A DNA stretch of 64,000 bases from Candidatus Pelethomonas sp. (GCA_048404665.1 DBFJQM010000002.1:18845-82844), one strand, 5' to 3'. Shown: positions 44,665 to 56,882, counted from the first letter of the stretch. The notes: generated by a model not told the origin, from the letters alone. Program-made: numbers and translations.

Positions 44665-45658
44665 ACGCCTCACGCAGCCTTTCCCGGATGGTGTCGCCGC
44701 TGATGCCCGCCATGCGGCCGGACATGATGATGCGCACCGCCGTAAATTCGATCTCCTTGGCGATCAGGTAGCCGATGACCGCCTCCACGCCGAAGGGAAC
44801 GGACTTGGCCCCCGCCGCCACGGCGGTGACCGCGTCGTCGCAGGCCTTCTCAAAGGCGGTAAGGCTGCCGCCCCGGGCCGCCTCCGCCCCCAGCTGGGCC
44901 GCGCGGCGCATGGCGGAGGAGCGGAACAGTCCCTCCACGTCGCCGCCCAGCGCGCCGGCCAGGATATTCACCGCCGGGACCCGGCCCCCCTCAAAGAAGA
45001 CCACCTTCCGGAGCATCTTGTCGCTCCCCTTCATCCGAAGGGTGCGCACCACCGTTCTCAGGTTGGCGCTGTCGATGTTGGCCCGGACGTAGTCCACCAG
45101 CAGCTCGCTGCCGGATTCCTCCGCCAGGGAGAGCATCTCCTTGTAATAGGCCTCGTCCAGGGCAAAATCCGCCAGCTGGGGGTCGCCGGTGGCGGCCAGG
45201 GTCTCATAGGCCGCCTTGGCCGCTCCGGCCAGCACGGGGGGCAGCACGTCAAAGCGCCCCTCCGCCAGCGCCCGGGCCATCTCCTCCGCCGGGACGCGCC
45301 CGGCGTCGATCAGCAGCCGCCTGCCGTCGGCGTCCATGGCCTGGGCCTTCAGCAGGGTCTTGATATTGTGGTAGTCGTACTTCACCTTGAACACGTCCAC
45401 CACCGACCGGTCCGGGACGAACCGGTACAGGTCCGCGAACATGCGCTCCCGCTCCCGGGCCAGGGCGGCGTTCAGCTCCCGGTCGCTGTCCGGCGAGAAC
45501 TCCCCGTAGCCGATCTCCTGGAGGACCTTCACAGCGTCCGCCGGGGTGGCGGCGTCGATCATCCGCTCCATGCGGGCGGCGGTGAGCAGGTTCCTCTCCC
45601 GGGCGCGCAGGCAGGTGGAGATAAACAGATAGTCCGTATCCTTCAATCTCTTTGCCAA
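44657..45658 (-). CDS. ntpC: V-type ATP synthase subunit C
   Basis: 333 aa; assigned by position and length in the ntp-type operon. Confidence 0.85.
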   Translation of the reverse strand: MAKRLKDTDYLFISTCLRARERNLLTAARMERMIDAATPADAVKVLQEIGYGEFSPDSDRELNAALARERERMFADLYRFVPDRSVVDVFKVKYDYHNIKTLLKAQAMDADGRRLLIDAGRVPAEEMARALAEGRFDVLPPVLAGAAKAAYETLAATGDPQLADFALDEAYYKEMLSLAEESGSELLVDYVRANIDSANLRTVVRTLRMKGSDKMLRKVVFFEGGRVPAVNILAGALGGDVEGLFRSSAMRRAAQLGAEAARGGSLTAFEKACDDAVTAVAAGAKSVPFGVEAVIGYLIAKEIEFTAVRIIMSGRMAGISGDTIRERLREAYV

Positions 45659-45704
45659 AAAGCCATCCCCTTTCCTGGATCTCCCGTCATCCGGACGGCC
45701 CCGC

Positions 45705-46394
45705 TCAGGCGAACAGGACCCCGGCGATCTCAGACGCCATGGTCTCCCGCAGCGAGCGGAGCTGCGCCTCGAAGGAGCAGTTGATCTCCACGTTGCCGTC
45801 CTTCAAAATCAGTCCCCCGGTGATGTCCCGGGTCTCCTGGGACAGGGTCAGCAGGGCCTTGCCCTGCAAAACGGCGCTGGCGCCGGTGACCACCCGGGAG
45901 AGGATCTCCCCCCTCCGGGAGCCGTCGGCCAGCTCATGGGCCAGCTGGGGCGCGGCGCGCTCCGCCAGCAGGGCGTTGGCCTGGGCCGCCGCCTGGGGGC
46001 CCACCCGGTCCCGGTCCCGGGCGTTCAGGATGATCTCCTCCCGTCCGGTCCTGGCCTCCCGGGCCGCTATGCGGGCCAGCAGGGCGGCGTACTCCGCCTC
46101 CGGCAGCTCCGTCAGACGCCTGCCCGCGGCGGCGAAGGTCTCGTCCAGGCAGGCCTGCTTGGCCGCCAGCAGCTCCTTTTTCGCCTCCATGTGGGCGGCG
46201 CTCTCCAGCCGTTCCAGCTGGCGCTGGGCCGCCTCCTCCCCGCTCCGGTGGGCCTGCTCGCCCTCCGTTTGGGCCTGCTGGGCATACTCCGCGCGGGCGG
46301 CGTCGGCCCGCTCCCGGGCCTGACGGAGGATCTCCTCCACCGCCGTCTGGCCGTCGGCCTCGATCCGCGCGGTGATCTTTTCGATTCCGTTCAT
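45705..46394 (-). CDS. ntpE: V-type ATP synthase subunit E
   Basis: 229 aa; long Ala/Glu/Arg-rich N-terminal helix plus a globular C-terminus. Confidence 0.8.
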   Translation of the reverse strand: MNGIEKITARIEADGQTAVEEILRQARERADAARAEYAQQAQTEGEQAHRSGEEAAQRQLERLESAAHMEAKKELLAAKQACLDETFAAAGRRLTELPEAEYAALLARIAAREARTGREEIILNARDRDRVGPQAAAQANALLAERAAPQLAHELADGSRRGEILSRVVTGASAVLQGKALLTLSQETRDITGGLILKDGNVEINCSFEAQLRSLRETMASEIAGVLFA

Positions 46395-46437
46395 GTATGG
46401 GCTACCGCCTTTCCAATGAGGATCGGTGCGCCGCCCA

Positions 46438-46929
46438 TCAGAGCTGATACATCAGCACCAGCAGGATGGTGGCCACCAGGGACAAAATGGCATAGAACTC
46501 CACGATACCGCACAGGATGATGCCCTTGGTGGACTCCTCCGGGCGCTTGGCCACGATGTTGATGGAGGCGGCGGCCACGCGGCCCTGGGCGATGGCGGAG
46601 AGCAGGCCGCCCAGCGCGATGGGCAGGCAGGCGCAGAACAGGGCCATGCCCTGGGGGATGGTGAGCTGCACCATGCTGCCGCCGAACACGTTCAGCTTCA
46701 GCAGCACCATGAACCACGCCACGATGCCGTACAGGCCCTGGGTGCCGGGCAGCACCTGCAGGATCATGCACTTGGAGAAGTTCTCCGGGGTCTCGCTGAT
46801 AACGCCGGTAGCGGCCTCGCCGGCCATGCCGGTGCCCTTGGCGGAGCCGATGCAGCACAGAGCCACAGCCAGGGCGGCGCCCAGATAGGCCAGGCCGATG
46901 CCGCCAAAGGATTCAAAGAAAGCTGCCAT
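46438..46929 (-). CDS. ntpK: V-type ATP synthase proteolipid subunit K (double-hairpin c subunit)
   Basis: 163 aa; ...LQVLPGTQGLYG...IAQGRVAAA...IVEFYAIL.... Confidence 0.9.
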   Translation of the reverse strand: MAAFFESFGGIGLAYLGAALAVALCCIGSAKGTGMAGEAATGVISETPENFSKCMILQVLPGTQGLYGIVAWFMVLLKLNVFGGSMVQLTIPQGMALFCACLPIALGGLLSAIAQGRVAAASINIVAKRPEESTKGIILCGIVEFYAILSLVATILLVLMYQL

Positions 46930-46930
46930 G

Positions 46931-48898
46931 TTATTGTTCCTCCTTGATAACGTCTACATATTTTGTTTGGATGGACAGGGGGGTGAAGGGCTTGCCGCCC
47001 TCCTTATAAAACCTGCCGAAGAACTCCAGGCACTGCAGGCGCAGGTCGTGGACGTAGCAGCCCAGCAGGTTCAGCGCAAAGTTCAGGGTGTTGCCCAGCA
47101 TGGAGATGATCACAAACAGCACCACGTTCCCGAAGGTGGCCCCCAGGGTGTTGAACACGGAGGCGATGACGCTGCCGGACACCATCAGGGCCATGAGGCG
47201 GATATAGGACAGCGTGTCGCTGAAATATCCTGTGACGCCGGTGTAGATAATGCCCACCAGGGCCGTCACCTTGCCGAAGCCCTTGGCGTTCCGGGTGCCG
47301 CCGATGGCCAGCATCAGCGCCCCGACGATCAGTGCCGCCTTGCCCGCGGTCCCCAGCGCCGCCGGGACGCCGGACACCATCATGCCGCAGATCCACATGG
47401 CCAGGCCCGCCAGGATGATCCACCAGGAGATCTCGCTGAACAGGGCGTCGATGAAGTCGCCCTCCTTCACCTTCCGGTACACGCTGACGCCCATGCCGGT
47501 GAAAATCTGGATCAGCCCCAGGATCAGGGACCCGATCATGATGGCCACGATGTCGTCCAGGGGGGTGATCAGCGCCGGCATCTCAAAGGTGCTGGCGGGG
47601 TCGATGATGCTCAGCAGCTGGGGGATAAAGTCCCCGAAGAAGCCGCCGGTGAGGGCCCCCACGATAAAGGTGCTGATGCCGCACCAGAAGATCATCTCCA
47701 TGAAGTAGGGGTTCTTGGGCCTGGCCTTTTTCAGGTACACCGCCGAGGCGGCGATCATCAGCAGGCCGTAGGCCATGTCCGCCATCATGAACCCGAAAAA
47801 CAGGATGAAGAACGGGGCCATAAGGGGGTTGGGGTCCACGCCGTCGTAGGCGGGCAGGGAGTACATCTCCGTAATGGTGTTCATGCACCGGCTGAACGCG
47901 CCGTTTTTCAGCTTCACCGGCGTCTGGGGGTACTCCTCCGGCGCGGGGTCCGTCAGCTCCCAGGCGCAGTCGTAGCCGCTCAGGAGCTTTTCCAGCTTCG
48001 CCGCCTCCGGCGCCGGGGCCCAGCCGTCCAGATACAGGATAGCGCCGCCGGTGAGCAGGCGCTCCTTGGCCTCCTCCACCGCCAGGACCTGCTCCATGCT
48101 GTCGCAGGCCAGCTGCAGCTCCTCCCGGTGCGCCGCCAGGGCGCGGATGGACTCCGTCACCTGCTCCCGCTCCTCCTCCAGGGCGACCAGCTGGCCGTCC
48201 AGGGCGCGGATATTCTCCCGGGCCGTGCCCGTCAGCTCCTTCAGCTGGGCCATGGCGAAGCCGAAGGACCGCAGACACTCCAGAGCCTCCTGCTCCCGGG
48301 GCCGGTACACCAGCACCTCCAGGTACTGCTGCTCCCGGTCGGCGGAGAGCCGCGTGACCTCCGCCTCCTCCACCGTCTCCGCCAGAGCGCCCGTCATGGC
48401 GCTGAAGTCCACCGCCGCGGGCACGGTGCCCAGCAGCCGGGACACGGAGCGGGTCCCCTTATCCTCCAGGGGTACGCCGCAGTCCGCCCAGGGCGCCAAG
48501 GCCAGCGCGTCGGCCCGCAGGCGGGTCTCCCGGGCGGCCAGCTGCCCCAGGGTCCTGGCGCGGCTGTTGACCTCCTCCGCCAGGCGGCAGGCCCGCTCCC
48601 GGGCCTCATCGTCCAGCAGCTCCCGCTGTGCCACCTGACGCCGGGGGGCAAGCAGCCCCTTCTTGGCGGGCACGTGGCGGCCAAGCTCCTTCAGGGCGCT
48701 TTGCAGCTGGCTGAGGGCGGCGCGGTCCCGGGGCAGCTCCGCGCTGTCCCGGCACAGAAGGCCCTCAAGGTCCTCCTGCCGCTCCCGGGGCGGCTGGCTG
48801 ATCTCCACGCAGCCCGCCTTCAGCAGGTCCGCCATCAGCGCGTCCCGGTCCCGGGCCATCGCAATGAGCCGCAGGCGCTTCATTTTGACAATGGCCAT
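46931..48898 (-). CDS. ntpI: V-type ATP synthase subunit I (a-type stator/ion channel)
   Basis: 655 aa; cytoplasmic N-terminal half plus a polytopic C-terminal half. Confidence 0.9.
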   Translation of the reverse strand: MAIVKMKRLRLIAMARDRDALMADLLKAGCVEISQPPRERQEDLEGLLCRDSAELPRDRAALSQLQSALKELGRHVPAKKGLLAPRRQVAQRELLDDEARERACRLAEEVNSRARTLGQLAARETRLRADALALAPWADCGVPLEDKGTRSVSRLLGTVPAAVDFSAMTGALAETVEEAEVTRLSADREQQYLEVLVYRPREQEALECLRSFGFAMAQLKELTGTARENIRALDGQLVALEEEREQVTESIRALAAHREELQLACDSMEQVLAVEEAKERLLTGGAILYLDGWAPAPEAAKLEKLLSGYDCAWELTDPAPEEYPQTPVKLKNGAFSRCMNTITEMYSLPAYDGVDPNPLMAPFFILFFGFMMADMAYGLLMIAASAVYLKKARPKNPYFMEMIFWCGISTFIVGALTGGFFGDFIPQLLSIIDPASTFEMPALITPLDDIVAIMIGSLILGLIQIFTGMGVSVYRKVKEGDFIDALFSEISWWIILAGLAMWICGMMVSGVPAALGTAGKAALIVGALMLAIGGTRNAKGFGKVTALVGIIYTGVTGYFSDTLSYIRLMALMVSGSVIASVFNTLGATFGNVVLFVIISMLGNTLNFALNLLGCYVHDLRLQCLEFFGRFYKEGGKPFTPLSIQTKYVDVIKEEQ

Positions 48899-49213
48899 TT
48901 ACTCCTCTACCACCCTTTCTACGATCCGCCGGACCGCCTGGTCCATACGGGCGGCGGCCTGGGCCTTCAGCGCCCGGCAGTCCTCCGCGGCCTGGGCCAG
49001 GATCTCCTCCCGGCGCTTCGCCGCGGCCTCCTCCGCCCGCTCCATGGCCCTCTGGGCCTCCTGGGCGGCCTCCCGGCGGCTGCGCTCCAGGGCCTCGCGG
49101 CCCTCCCGCTGGGCGTCGGCCAGCAGCTTCTGGCCCTGGGCGCGGGCCTGGGCCTGGGACTGCTCCACGCCGTCCTCCACCGCCCGGATCTTTGTCATGG
49201 CTTCCAGTGACAT
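48899..49213 (-). CDS. V-type ATP synthase peripheral-stalk subunit (G/H-like)
   Basis: 104 aa, almost entirely charged helix; first gene of the operon, abutting the subunit I start. Confidence 0.6.
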   Translation of the reverse strand: MSLEAMTKIRAVEDGVEQSQAQARAQGQKLLADAQREGREALERSRREAAQEAQRAMERAEEAAAKRREEILAQAAEDCRALKAQAAARMDQAVRRIVERVVEE

Positions 49214-49320
49214 CAGTTCACCCCTTTCCTCAGCGAGGCGATACGCCTCAGGGTATATGGATTAGTGTAACATATTTTTCCGGAAATTGCCATAGTCATC
49301 TTACCAAAATTGTCCGAAAT

Positions 49321-49623
49321 TTAACAATTATTTCCGGCCGGCCCCAGCTCCGCTGTCCGGGACCGCTCCAGGACGGCGGCAGTCTCCTGGGGCCGGTCCT
49401 CCGTCTCGCCGCCGGTGGGCGCCGCGGGCTGGTCCCCGTCCGTCTCCGCCCTCTGGGAGAAGAAGGGCAGATCCAGCCGCATCCCTCCGTCGTCGGTATA
49501 GGTGATATAGCGCTGCGCCAGCAAATAAACGCAGGAGGCCGCAAGGATCAGGGCCAACACCGCCATCAGCAGCTTATGGCCCCGGTCCCTCCGGCCCCGA
49601 TAATTCTGATATCCCTTGGTCAC
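49321..49623 (-). CDS. Hypothetical membrane-anchored protein (100 aa)
   Basis: GTG start behind GGGGGAAGG; a single TM segment (LLMAVLALILAASCVYLL) followed by a Pro/Glu-rich tail. Confidence 0.45.
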   Translation of the reverse strand: MTKGYQNYRGRRDRGHKLLMAVLALILAASCVYLLAQRYITYTDDGGMRLDLPFFSQRAETDGDQPAAPTGGETEDRPQETAAVLERSRTAELGPAGNNC

Positions 49624-49772
49624 AGACCTTCCCCCTTCCTCACATCCCGCCCCGGAGGCCCGGCCTCCTCAGCGGAAGATGGGAGGGGCCGGAAGACGGC
49701 AGACGCCTTCCGGCCCCCTGACATATTCTTTCTCGTTCGCCCGCATTTTATTGCCCCATGTGCCGGCGGACC

Positions 49773-50213
49773 TTACTGCTCCTCAATGGACATCATCTTG
49801 TCCACGCGTCTCTGATGCCGCCCGCCCTCGAACTCATAGGTGAGGAAAGCGGTGACGATCTTCCGGGCCAGCAGCGGCCCCACCGCGCCGGCCCCCATGG
49901 CCAGCATGTTGGCGTCGTTGTGGCGGCGGGTCATCTCCGCGCTCCAGGGCTCGCTGCACAGCGCGCAGCGGATCCCCTTCACCTTGTTGGCGGAGATGGA
50001 GATGCCGATGCCGGTGGTGCAGATGACGATTCCCCTCTCACACTCCCCGGCGGCCACCTTCCGGGCGGCGGCTGCGCCAAAGTCGGGGTAGTCGCAGCTC
50101 TCCTTCCCGAAGCAGCCGCAGTCCACCACCTCGTGGCCCTGCTCGGTCAGCCAGGCGCGCAGATCCTCCTTCAGGTCAAAGCCGCCGTGGTCCGACGCCA
50201 TCGCGATCTTCAT
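49773..50213 (-). CDS. rpiB: Ribose-5-phosphate isomerase B
   Basis: MKIAMASDHGGFDLKEDL...ICTTGIGISISANK...; ATG 50213 behind AAGGAGG. Confidence 0.9.
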   Translation of the reverse strand: MKIAMASDHGGFDLKEDLRAWLTEQGHEVVDCGCFGKESCDYPDFGAAAARKVAAGECERGIVICTTGIGISISANKVKGIRCALCSEPWSAEMTRRHNDANMLAMGAGAVGPLLARKIVTAFLTYEFEGGRHQRRVDKMMSIEEQ

Positions 50214-50239
50214 GATCTCTTCCTCCTTCACACTGCTGG

Positions 50240-51382
50240 TTATTTCTTGAATTTCTTAAAGAAGCTCCTGCGCTCCTCGTAGTTGTTCTCCTTCAGGGTC
50301 TCGCTGAACTTCTTCAGCGCCTCCCGCTGCTCCCGGTTCAGGTTCCGGGGGGTCTCAATGTAGACGGTGACATACTGGTCGCCCCGGCTGCGGCTGTTCA
50401 CATTGGGGATTCCCTTGCCCCGCAGGCGGAAAGTGGTTCCGGTCTGGGTCCCCTCGGGGATGTCGTACTTCACCTTGCCGTCGATGGTGGGAATCTCCAT
50501 CTCCCCGCCCAGGACCGCCTGGGTGAAGGTGATGGGCGCGTCGCAGTACACGTCGGGGCCGTCCCGCCGGAAGAGCTGGTGGGGCCGGACAGTGACCACG
50601 ATCTGCAGGTCGCCGGCGGGGCCGCCGTTGCGTCCGGCGTTGCCCTGGCCCCGCAGGGAGATGATCTGCCCGTTGTCGATGCCCGCCGGGACGGAGACCT
50701 TGATGGTCTTCCGCTGGCGCAGCTGGCCGCTGCCGCCGCACTTGGGGCAGGGGCTCTTGATGATCCTGCCCTTGCCGCCGCACTTGGGGCAGGGGCCGGT
50801 GGTGGCGAACACGCCCATGGGGGTCTGCCGCCGCTGCTGGACCTGGCCGCTGCCGCCGCAGCCGGGGCAGGTCTCCGGGCTGGTCCCCGCCGCCGCGCCG
50901 GTGCCCCGGCAGGCGTCGCAGGACTCCACCCGGTCCACCTGGACCTCCTTCTCACAGCCGAAGGCCGCCTCCTCAAAGGAGATGGTCAGCCCCAGCCGCA
51001 GGCTCTCCCCCCGCTGGGGGCCGGTGCGGGTCCGCTGGCTCCCGCCGAAGCCGCCGCCGAAGAAGCTGCCGAAGATGTCCCCCAGGTCCCCGAAGTCGAA
51101 GCTGCCGTCGAAGCCGCCGCCGTAGCCGCCGGCGCCCGCGCCGTAGTTCGGGTCCACCCCGGCGAAGCCGAACTGGTCGTACCGGGAGCGCTTATCGCTG
51201 TCGCTGAGGACCTCATAGGCCTCGTTGGCCTCCTTGAAGCGGGCCTCCGCCGCCTTGTCCCCGGGGTTCAGGTCCGGGTGGTTCTCCTTGGCCAGCTTCC
51301 GGTACGCCTTTTTGATCTCCGCGTCCGTGGCGTTTTTCTGGACGCCCAGGACCTCGTAATAGTCTCTCTTATTCTCTGCCAT
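50240..51382 (-). CDS. dnaJ: Molecular chaperone DnaJ
   Basis: J domain (HPD), G/F region and four CxxCxGxG zinc-finger repeats. Confidence 0.95.
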   Translation of the reverse strand: MAENKRDYYEVLGVQKNATDAEIKKAYRKLAKENHPDLNPGDKAAEARFKEANEAYEVLSDSDKRSRYDQFGFAGVDPNYGAGAGGYGGGFDGSFDFGDLGDIFGSFFGGGFGGSQRTRTGPQRGESLRLGLTISFEEAAFGCEKEVQVDRVESCDACRGTGAAAGTSPETCPGCGGSGQVQQRRQTPMGVFATTGPCPKCGGKGRIIKSPCPKCGGSGQLRQRKTIKVSVPAGIDNGQIISLRGQGNAGRNGGPAGDLQIVVTVRPHQLFRRDGPDVYCDAPITFTQAVLGGEMEIPTIDGKVKYDIPEGTQTGTTFRLRGKGIPNVNSRSRGDQYVTVYIETPRNLNREQREALKKFSETLKENNYEERRSFFKKFKK

Positions 51383-51486
51383 ACTCTCTCACATCCGATC
51401 TTGCCGGAAGGAGGCGTTTCCTCCCCGGCCGGGAATAGATAGGCTCATGCGGAGCCGCCCGGACAGCGGCCCCGCATAGCGTATGC

Positions 51487-53328
<1,842 letters not shown>

Positions 53329-53479
53329 AATGATTGCCTCCTGTATATAGAAAATATTTTTTATACGAATTGGATCGAACTATGCCGGCTGCGGCATAGG
53401 GATTTGCTCGGTTGGTGCTCACGCTTCGCCTGCTCGCGGCGCACGGCTTCCATCCGTGCTGCTCGCGGCGGCTCAGCGC

Positions 53480-54049
53480 TTAGTTGGCCACCTGTACCGC
53501 TGCGAAGCGGATGACCCGGTCCCCCAGAAGGAAGCCCTTCTGGAATACCTGGGCCACGATGTTCTCCCCCAGGTTCTCGTCGTCCACGTGCATGACGGCG
53601 TTGTGCTTGGCGGGGTCGAAGGGCTGGCCCGCCGGGTCCTCGATGGTGACGCCCATTTTCTCCAGGGTGCCCTTCAGCTGGCTGAAGATCATGGCCATGC
53701 CCTTTTTGTGGACGTTGTCCTCGTCGCCCGCCTGGCTCACCGCCCGCTCCAGGTTGTCGTAGACCTCCAGGAACTTGGCGATGGTATCCAGCTTGGCGTC
53801 CTGGTAGACGCTCTCCTTCTCCTTGGTGGTGCGCTTGCGGTAGTTGTCGTACTCCGCCGCCAGGCGCAGGTGCTGATCGTTGAGGGCGGCCAGCTGGGCC
53901 GCCAGGCCCTCCATCTTCTCCATCTGCTCCTTGGTGACGGTGTAGGTCTCCGCCGGCTCCTCCTGGCGGTACTCCTCCGTCACCTCCTGGGGGGCGGCAG
54001 CTTCCTTTTCCCCGGCGGGGTCCGGCGTCTCTCTTTTGTTCTTGCTCAC
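53480..54049 (-). CDS. grpE: Nucleotide exchange factor GrpE
   Basis: 189 aa; ...RLAAEYDNYRKR... and a C-terminal beta domain. Confidence 0.95.
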   Translation of the reverse strand: MSKNKRETPDPAGEKEAAAPQEVTEEYRQEEPAETYTVTKEQMEKMEGLAAQLAALNDQHLRLAAEYDNYRKRTTKEKESVYQDAKLDTIAKFLEVYDNLERAVSQAGDEDNVHKKGMAMIFSQLKGTLEKMGVTIEDPAGQPFDPAKHNAVMHVDDENLGENIVAQVFQKGFLLGDRVIRFAAVQVAN

Positions 54050-55095
54050 GGTGTATCCTCCTTGGGAGGCAGCTGGTTCTTGCCTCCAAACATTTTTGTC
54101 AGGCTCTCGGCAAAGTAGCTCAGCCGGGCGGCCACGGCGGCGTAGTCCATCCGGGTGGGTCCCACCACGCCGATGAGGCCCCGCATGTTGTCGCCGATAT
54201 CATAGCTGGCCACCACCACGCTGGCGTCCCGCAGGGCCTCGTTCACATTCTCCGGCCCGATGAGGATCTGCATGGGGGTGTTGGCGTCCAGCACCGGCAG
54301 CCGGTCACGCTGGTCCGTGAGCAGGCTCATGAGGTCGTTGGCCCGGGAGGGGTCCTGGAACTCCGGCTGGCGCAGCAGCTGGGACTGGCCGGTGGTGAAC
54401 ACATGGCTCCGCTGGCCCGCGTCCATGACCGCGGCGGCGTACTCCACCGTCTGGCTCAGGGGCATAAACAGCTCCCCGGTCAGCTGGCCCGCCAGGGCCA
54501 TCAGCTTCTCCCCCAGCTCCTCGGGCGCCAGCCCGACGAAGTGGGTGTTCAGGAGATTTGCCAGCGCTGGCAGCACCTCGCCGCTGAGGGGGAGCTGGGT
54601 GCGCAGCACCTGGCTCTTCACCCGGCTGTCGTCGGTCATCACCACGGCGATGAAGCTGCTGCTGTCCACCGGCAGCAGGTCGTACCGCCGCACGGTGAGG
54701 CGGGTCTTGCCCTCCGCCACCGCGTAGGCCGGATAGCTGACGATGGAGGACACCATCTGGCCCGCCTGGGCGATCACGGTGTCCAGCTCCTGCATCTTCC
54801 CGGCCAGGGCCGCGTTGATGGCCTCCGCCTCCTGCTCCGGCACGCTCTTGCGCTCCATCAGCTCGTTGACGTACAGCCGGTAGCCCTTGGGGGAGGGCAC
54901 CCGCCCGGCGGAGGTGTGGGGCTGCTCCAGATAGCCCATCTCCACCAGGTCGCTGAGCTCGTTGCGGATGGTGGCGGAGCTGACCTTGCCGCCCATGGCC
55001 TGGGCGATGTACTTGGAGCTCACCGGCTCCGCCGCGTCGATATAGCGCTCGGTGACTACCTTCAGTATTTGCTTTTTCCGGTCTGTCAATTCCAT
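54046..55095 (-). CDS. hrcA: Heat-inducible transcription repressor HrcA
   Basis: ORF 54046..55113, trimmed to MELTDRKKQILKVV (ATG 55095) behind AAGGAG. Confidence 0.95.
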   Translation of the reverse strand: MELTDRKKQILKVVTERYIDAAEPVSSKYIAQAMGGKVSSATIRNELSDLVEMGYLEQPHTSAGRVPSPKGYRLYVNELMERKSVPEQEAEAINAALAGKMQELDTVIAQAGQMVSSIVSYPAYAVAEGKTRLTVRRYDLLPVDSSSFIAVVMTDDSRVKSQVLRTQLPLSGEVLPALANLLNTHFVGLAPEELGEKLMALAGQLTGELFMPLSQTVEYAAAVMDAGQRSHVFTTGQSQLLRQPEFQDPSRANDLMSLLTDQRDRLPVLDANTPMQILIGPENVNEALRDASVVVASYDIGDNMRGLIGVVGPTRMDYAAVAARLSYFAESLTKMFGGKNQLPPKEDTP

Positions 55096-55106
55096 GGGGC
55101 GCTCCT

Positions 55107-55133
55107 TTAGCACTCCTTTCCCTTGAGTGCTAA
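55107..55133. promoter_or_regulatory. CIRCE operator (HrcA binding site)
   Basis: Perfect TTAGCACTC-N9-GAGTGCTAA. Confidence 0.9.
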
Positions 55134-55137
55134 ACGC

Positions 55138-55166
55138 AGTGTATCACCAATGGAAGCGCTTGTCAA
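55138..55166 (-). promoter_or_regulatory. Promoter of the hrcA-grpE-dnaK-dnaJ operon
   Basis: Minus strand TTGACA, 17 nt, TACACT, immediately upstream of CIRCE. Confidence 0.5.
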
Positions 55167-55260
55167 TACGCCCCGGCCCCTCCAATTGGAAACAATTTGT
55201 GAACGCCCCCGTTTCCCGGCCCCGAGCGGGGAAAACCGGGCGGGCGCGCCCGCCTGCCCG

Positions 55261-55309
55261 CAAAATAGATAGACCCGGGCAGCGCTTTCAGCGCCGTCCG
55301 GGCCTATCT
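55261..55309 (-). terminator. Probable terminator of the rnf operon
   Basis: Imperfect 19-bp hairpin AGATAGGCCCGGACGGCGC / GCGCTGCCCGGGTCTATCT followed by ATTTTG on the minus strand. Confidence 0.45.
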
Positions 55310-55445
55310 AATGTTTAGGAGGATTGGATGAAAAGAAGTTACTGTCTCTTGCAAGTATGATGATACCCAAGGATTGTTACAAAAGGAAGCATCAATTGTT
55401 ACAGAAGTTTAAAATCTCGCTTCTCACCCAAAAAAGTTTTTCGCA

Positions 55446-56282
55446 CTACTCCCCGTCCATGACCACGGGGGCCACCTTGCCGGTGTCGTGGATGTTCACG
55501 ATCAGCTTCCGGGGGCACTTGGTGACGCAGGTCCCGCAGGAGGTACACTTGTCGTAGTCGATGACCGCCACGTTCTTGTTGACGGTGATGGCCCCGCTGG
55601 GGCAGTTCTTCTCGCACAGCTTGCAGCCGATGCAGCTGATGGCGCAGTGGGTCTTGGCCAAAGCGCCCTTCTCCTTGTTGGCGCAGGGGATCAGGATGTC
55701 CACCGCGTAGGGCCGGGTGACGATGACCTTCCTGGGGCAGGCGGCGATACACTGCTTGCAGCAGGTACACTTGTCCGGGTCTACCTCCGCCACGCCGTGC
55801 TCGTTGATGTGGATGGCGTCAAACTTGCAGGCCTTGACGCAGGAGCCCAGGCCCAGGCAGCCGAAGGCGCAGTCCAGATGGCCGTTGCCGGAGACCTTGG
55901 TGGCGGCCACGCAGTCGTCGATGCCCACATACCGCTCGAACTTGTGACCGGCCCGGTCTCCGCCGGAGCAGCGGACGAAGGCCACCCGGCGCTCCACGCT
56001 CTTGACCTCCACCCCCATGACGGCGGCGATGCGGGCGGTGCGCTCGCCGGTGTTGCTGGGGCAGGCGTTGACCGGCGCCTTCCCCTCCAGGATGGCCTTG
56101 GCGCAGGCGGCGCAGCCGGCGTAGCCGCAGCCGCCGCAGTTGGCCCCGGGGAGGGCGTCCTGGATCTCCGCCAGGCGGGGATCGCTCTTGACCTCAAAGA
56201 CCTTGGAGGCGACGGCCAGCACCAGGCCGAACACGCCGCCCAGGATGCCCAGCACCAGCAGGGCATAGATAATGTTCGTCAT
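55446..56282 (-). CDS. rnfB: Rnf complex subunit B (polyferredoxin)
   Basis: N-terminal TM segment, CGGCGYAGC cluster and several CxxCxxCxxxCP motifs. Confidence 0.9.
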   Translation of the reverse strand: MTNIIYALLVLGILGGVFGLVLAVASKVFEVKSDPRLAEIQDALPGANCGGCGYAGCAACAKAILEGKAPVNACPSNTGERTARIAAVMGVEVKSVERRVAFVRCSGGDRAGHKFERYVGIDDCVAATKVSGNGHLDCAFGCLGLGSCVKACKFDAIHINEHGVAEVDPDKCTCCKQCIAACPRKVIVTRPYAVDILIPCANKEKGALAKTHCAISCIGCKLCEKNCPSGAITVNKNVAVIDYDKCTSCGTCVTKCPRKLIVNIHDTGKVAPVVMDGE

Positions 56283-56297
56283 ACTCTCACCCTCCTC

Positions 56298-56882
56298 TTA
56301 CCAGACCTGCAGGCCGCTGAAGCCCATGAAGCTCAGGGCCATAAGACCGGCGGTGATGAGGGCGATGGGGAAGCCCTCGAAGGACTTGGGCGGCTCGGCG
56401 AAGGTCAGCCGCTCCCGGATGCTGGCAAAGAGCACGATGGCCAGCAGGAAGCCCACGCCGCCGGTGACGCCGTAGACCACGGACTCGATGAAGGTGTAGT
56501 GCTCCTGGACGTTCAGCAGCACCACGCCCAGCACCGCGCAGTTGGTGGTGATCAGGGGCAGGTACACGCCCAGGGCCTCGTACAGGGTGGGGATGGACTT
56601 CTTCAGGAACATCTCCACGAACTGGACCAGGGCGGCGATGACCAGGATGAAGGCCACCGTCTGCATGTACTCCAGCTGCAGCTTCTCCAGCAGCAGGTTC
56701 ACCGGGTAGCACAGGGCGGAGGCCAGGCCCATGACGAAGATCACGGCGAAGCCCATGCCCACGGCGGTGTCCATCTTCTTGCTGACGCCCATGAAGGGAC
56801 AGATGCCCAAAAACTGCACCAGGATGAAGTTATTGACCAGGATCGCCCCCAGGGCGATGGAGAGCAGTTTCGTAATATCCAT
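56298..56882 (-). CDS. rnfA: Rnf complex subunit A
   Basis: 194-aa polytopic protein, RnfA/NqrE-like. Confidence 0.95.
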   Translation of the reverse strand: MDITKLLSIALGAILVNNFILVQFLGICPFMGVSKKMDTAVGMGFAVIFVMGLASALCYPVNLLLEKLQLEYMQTVAFILVIAALVQFVEMFLKKSIPTLYEALGVYLPLITTNCAVLGVVLLNVQEHYTFIESVVYGVTGGVGFLLAIVLFASIRERLTFAEPPKSFEGFPIALITAGLMALSFMGFSGLQVW

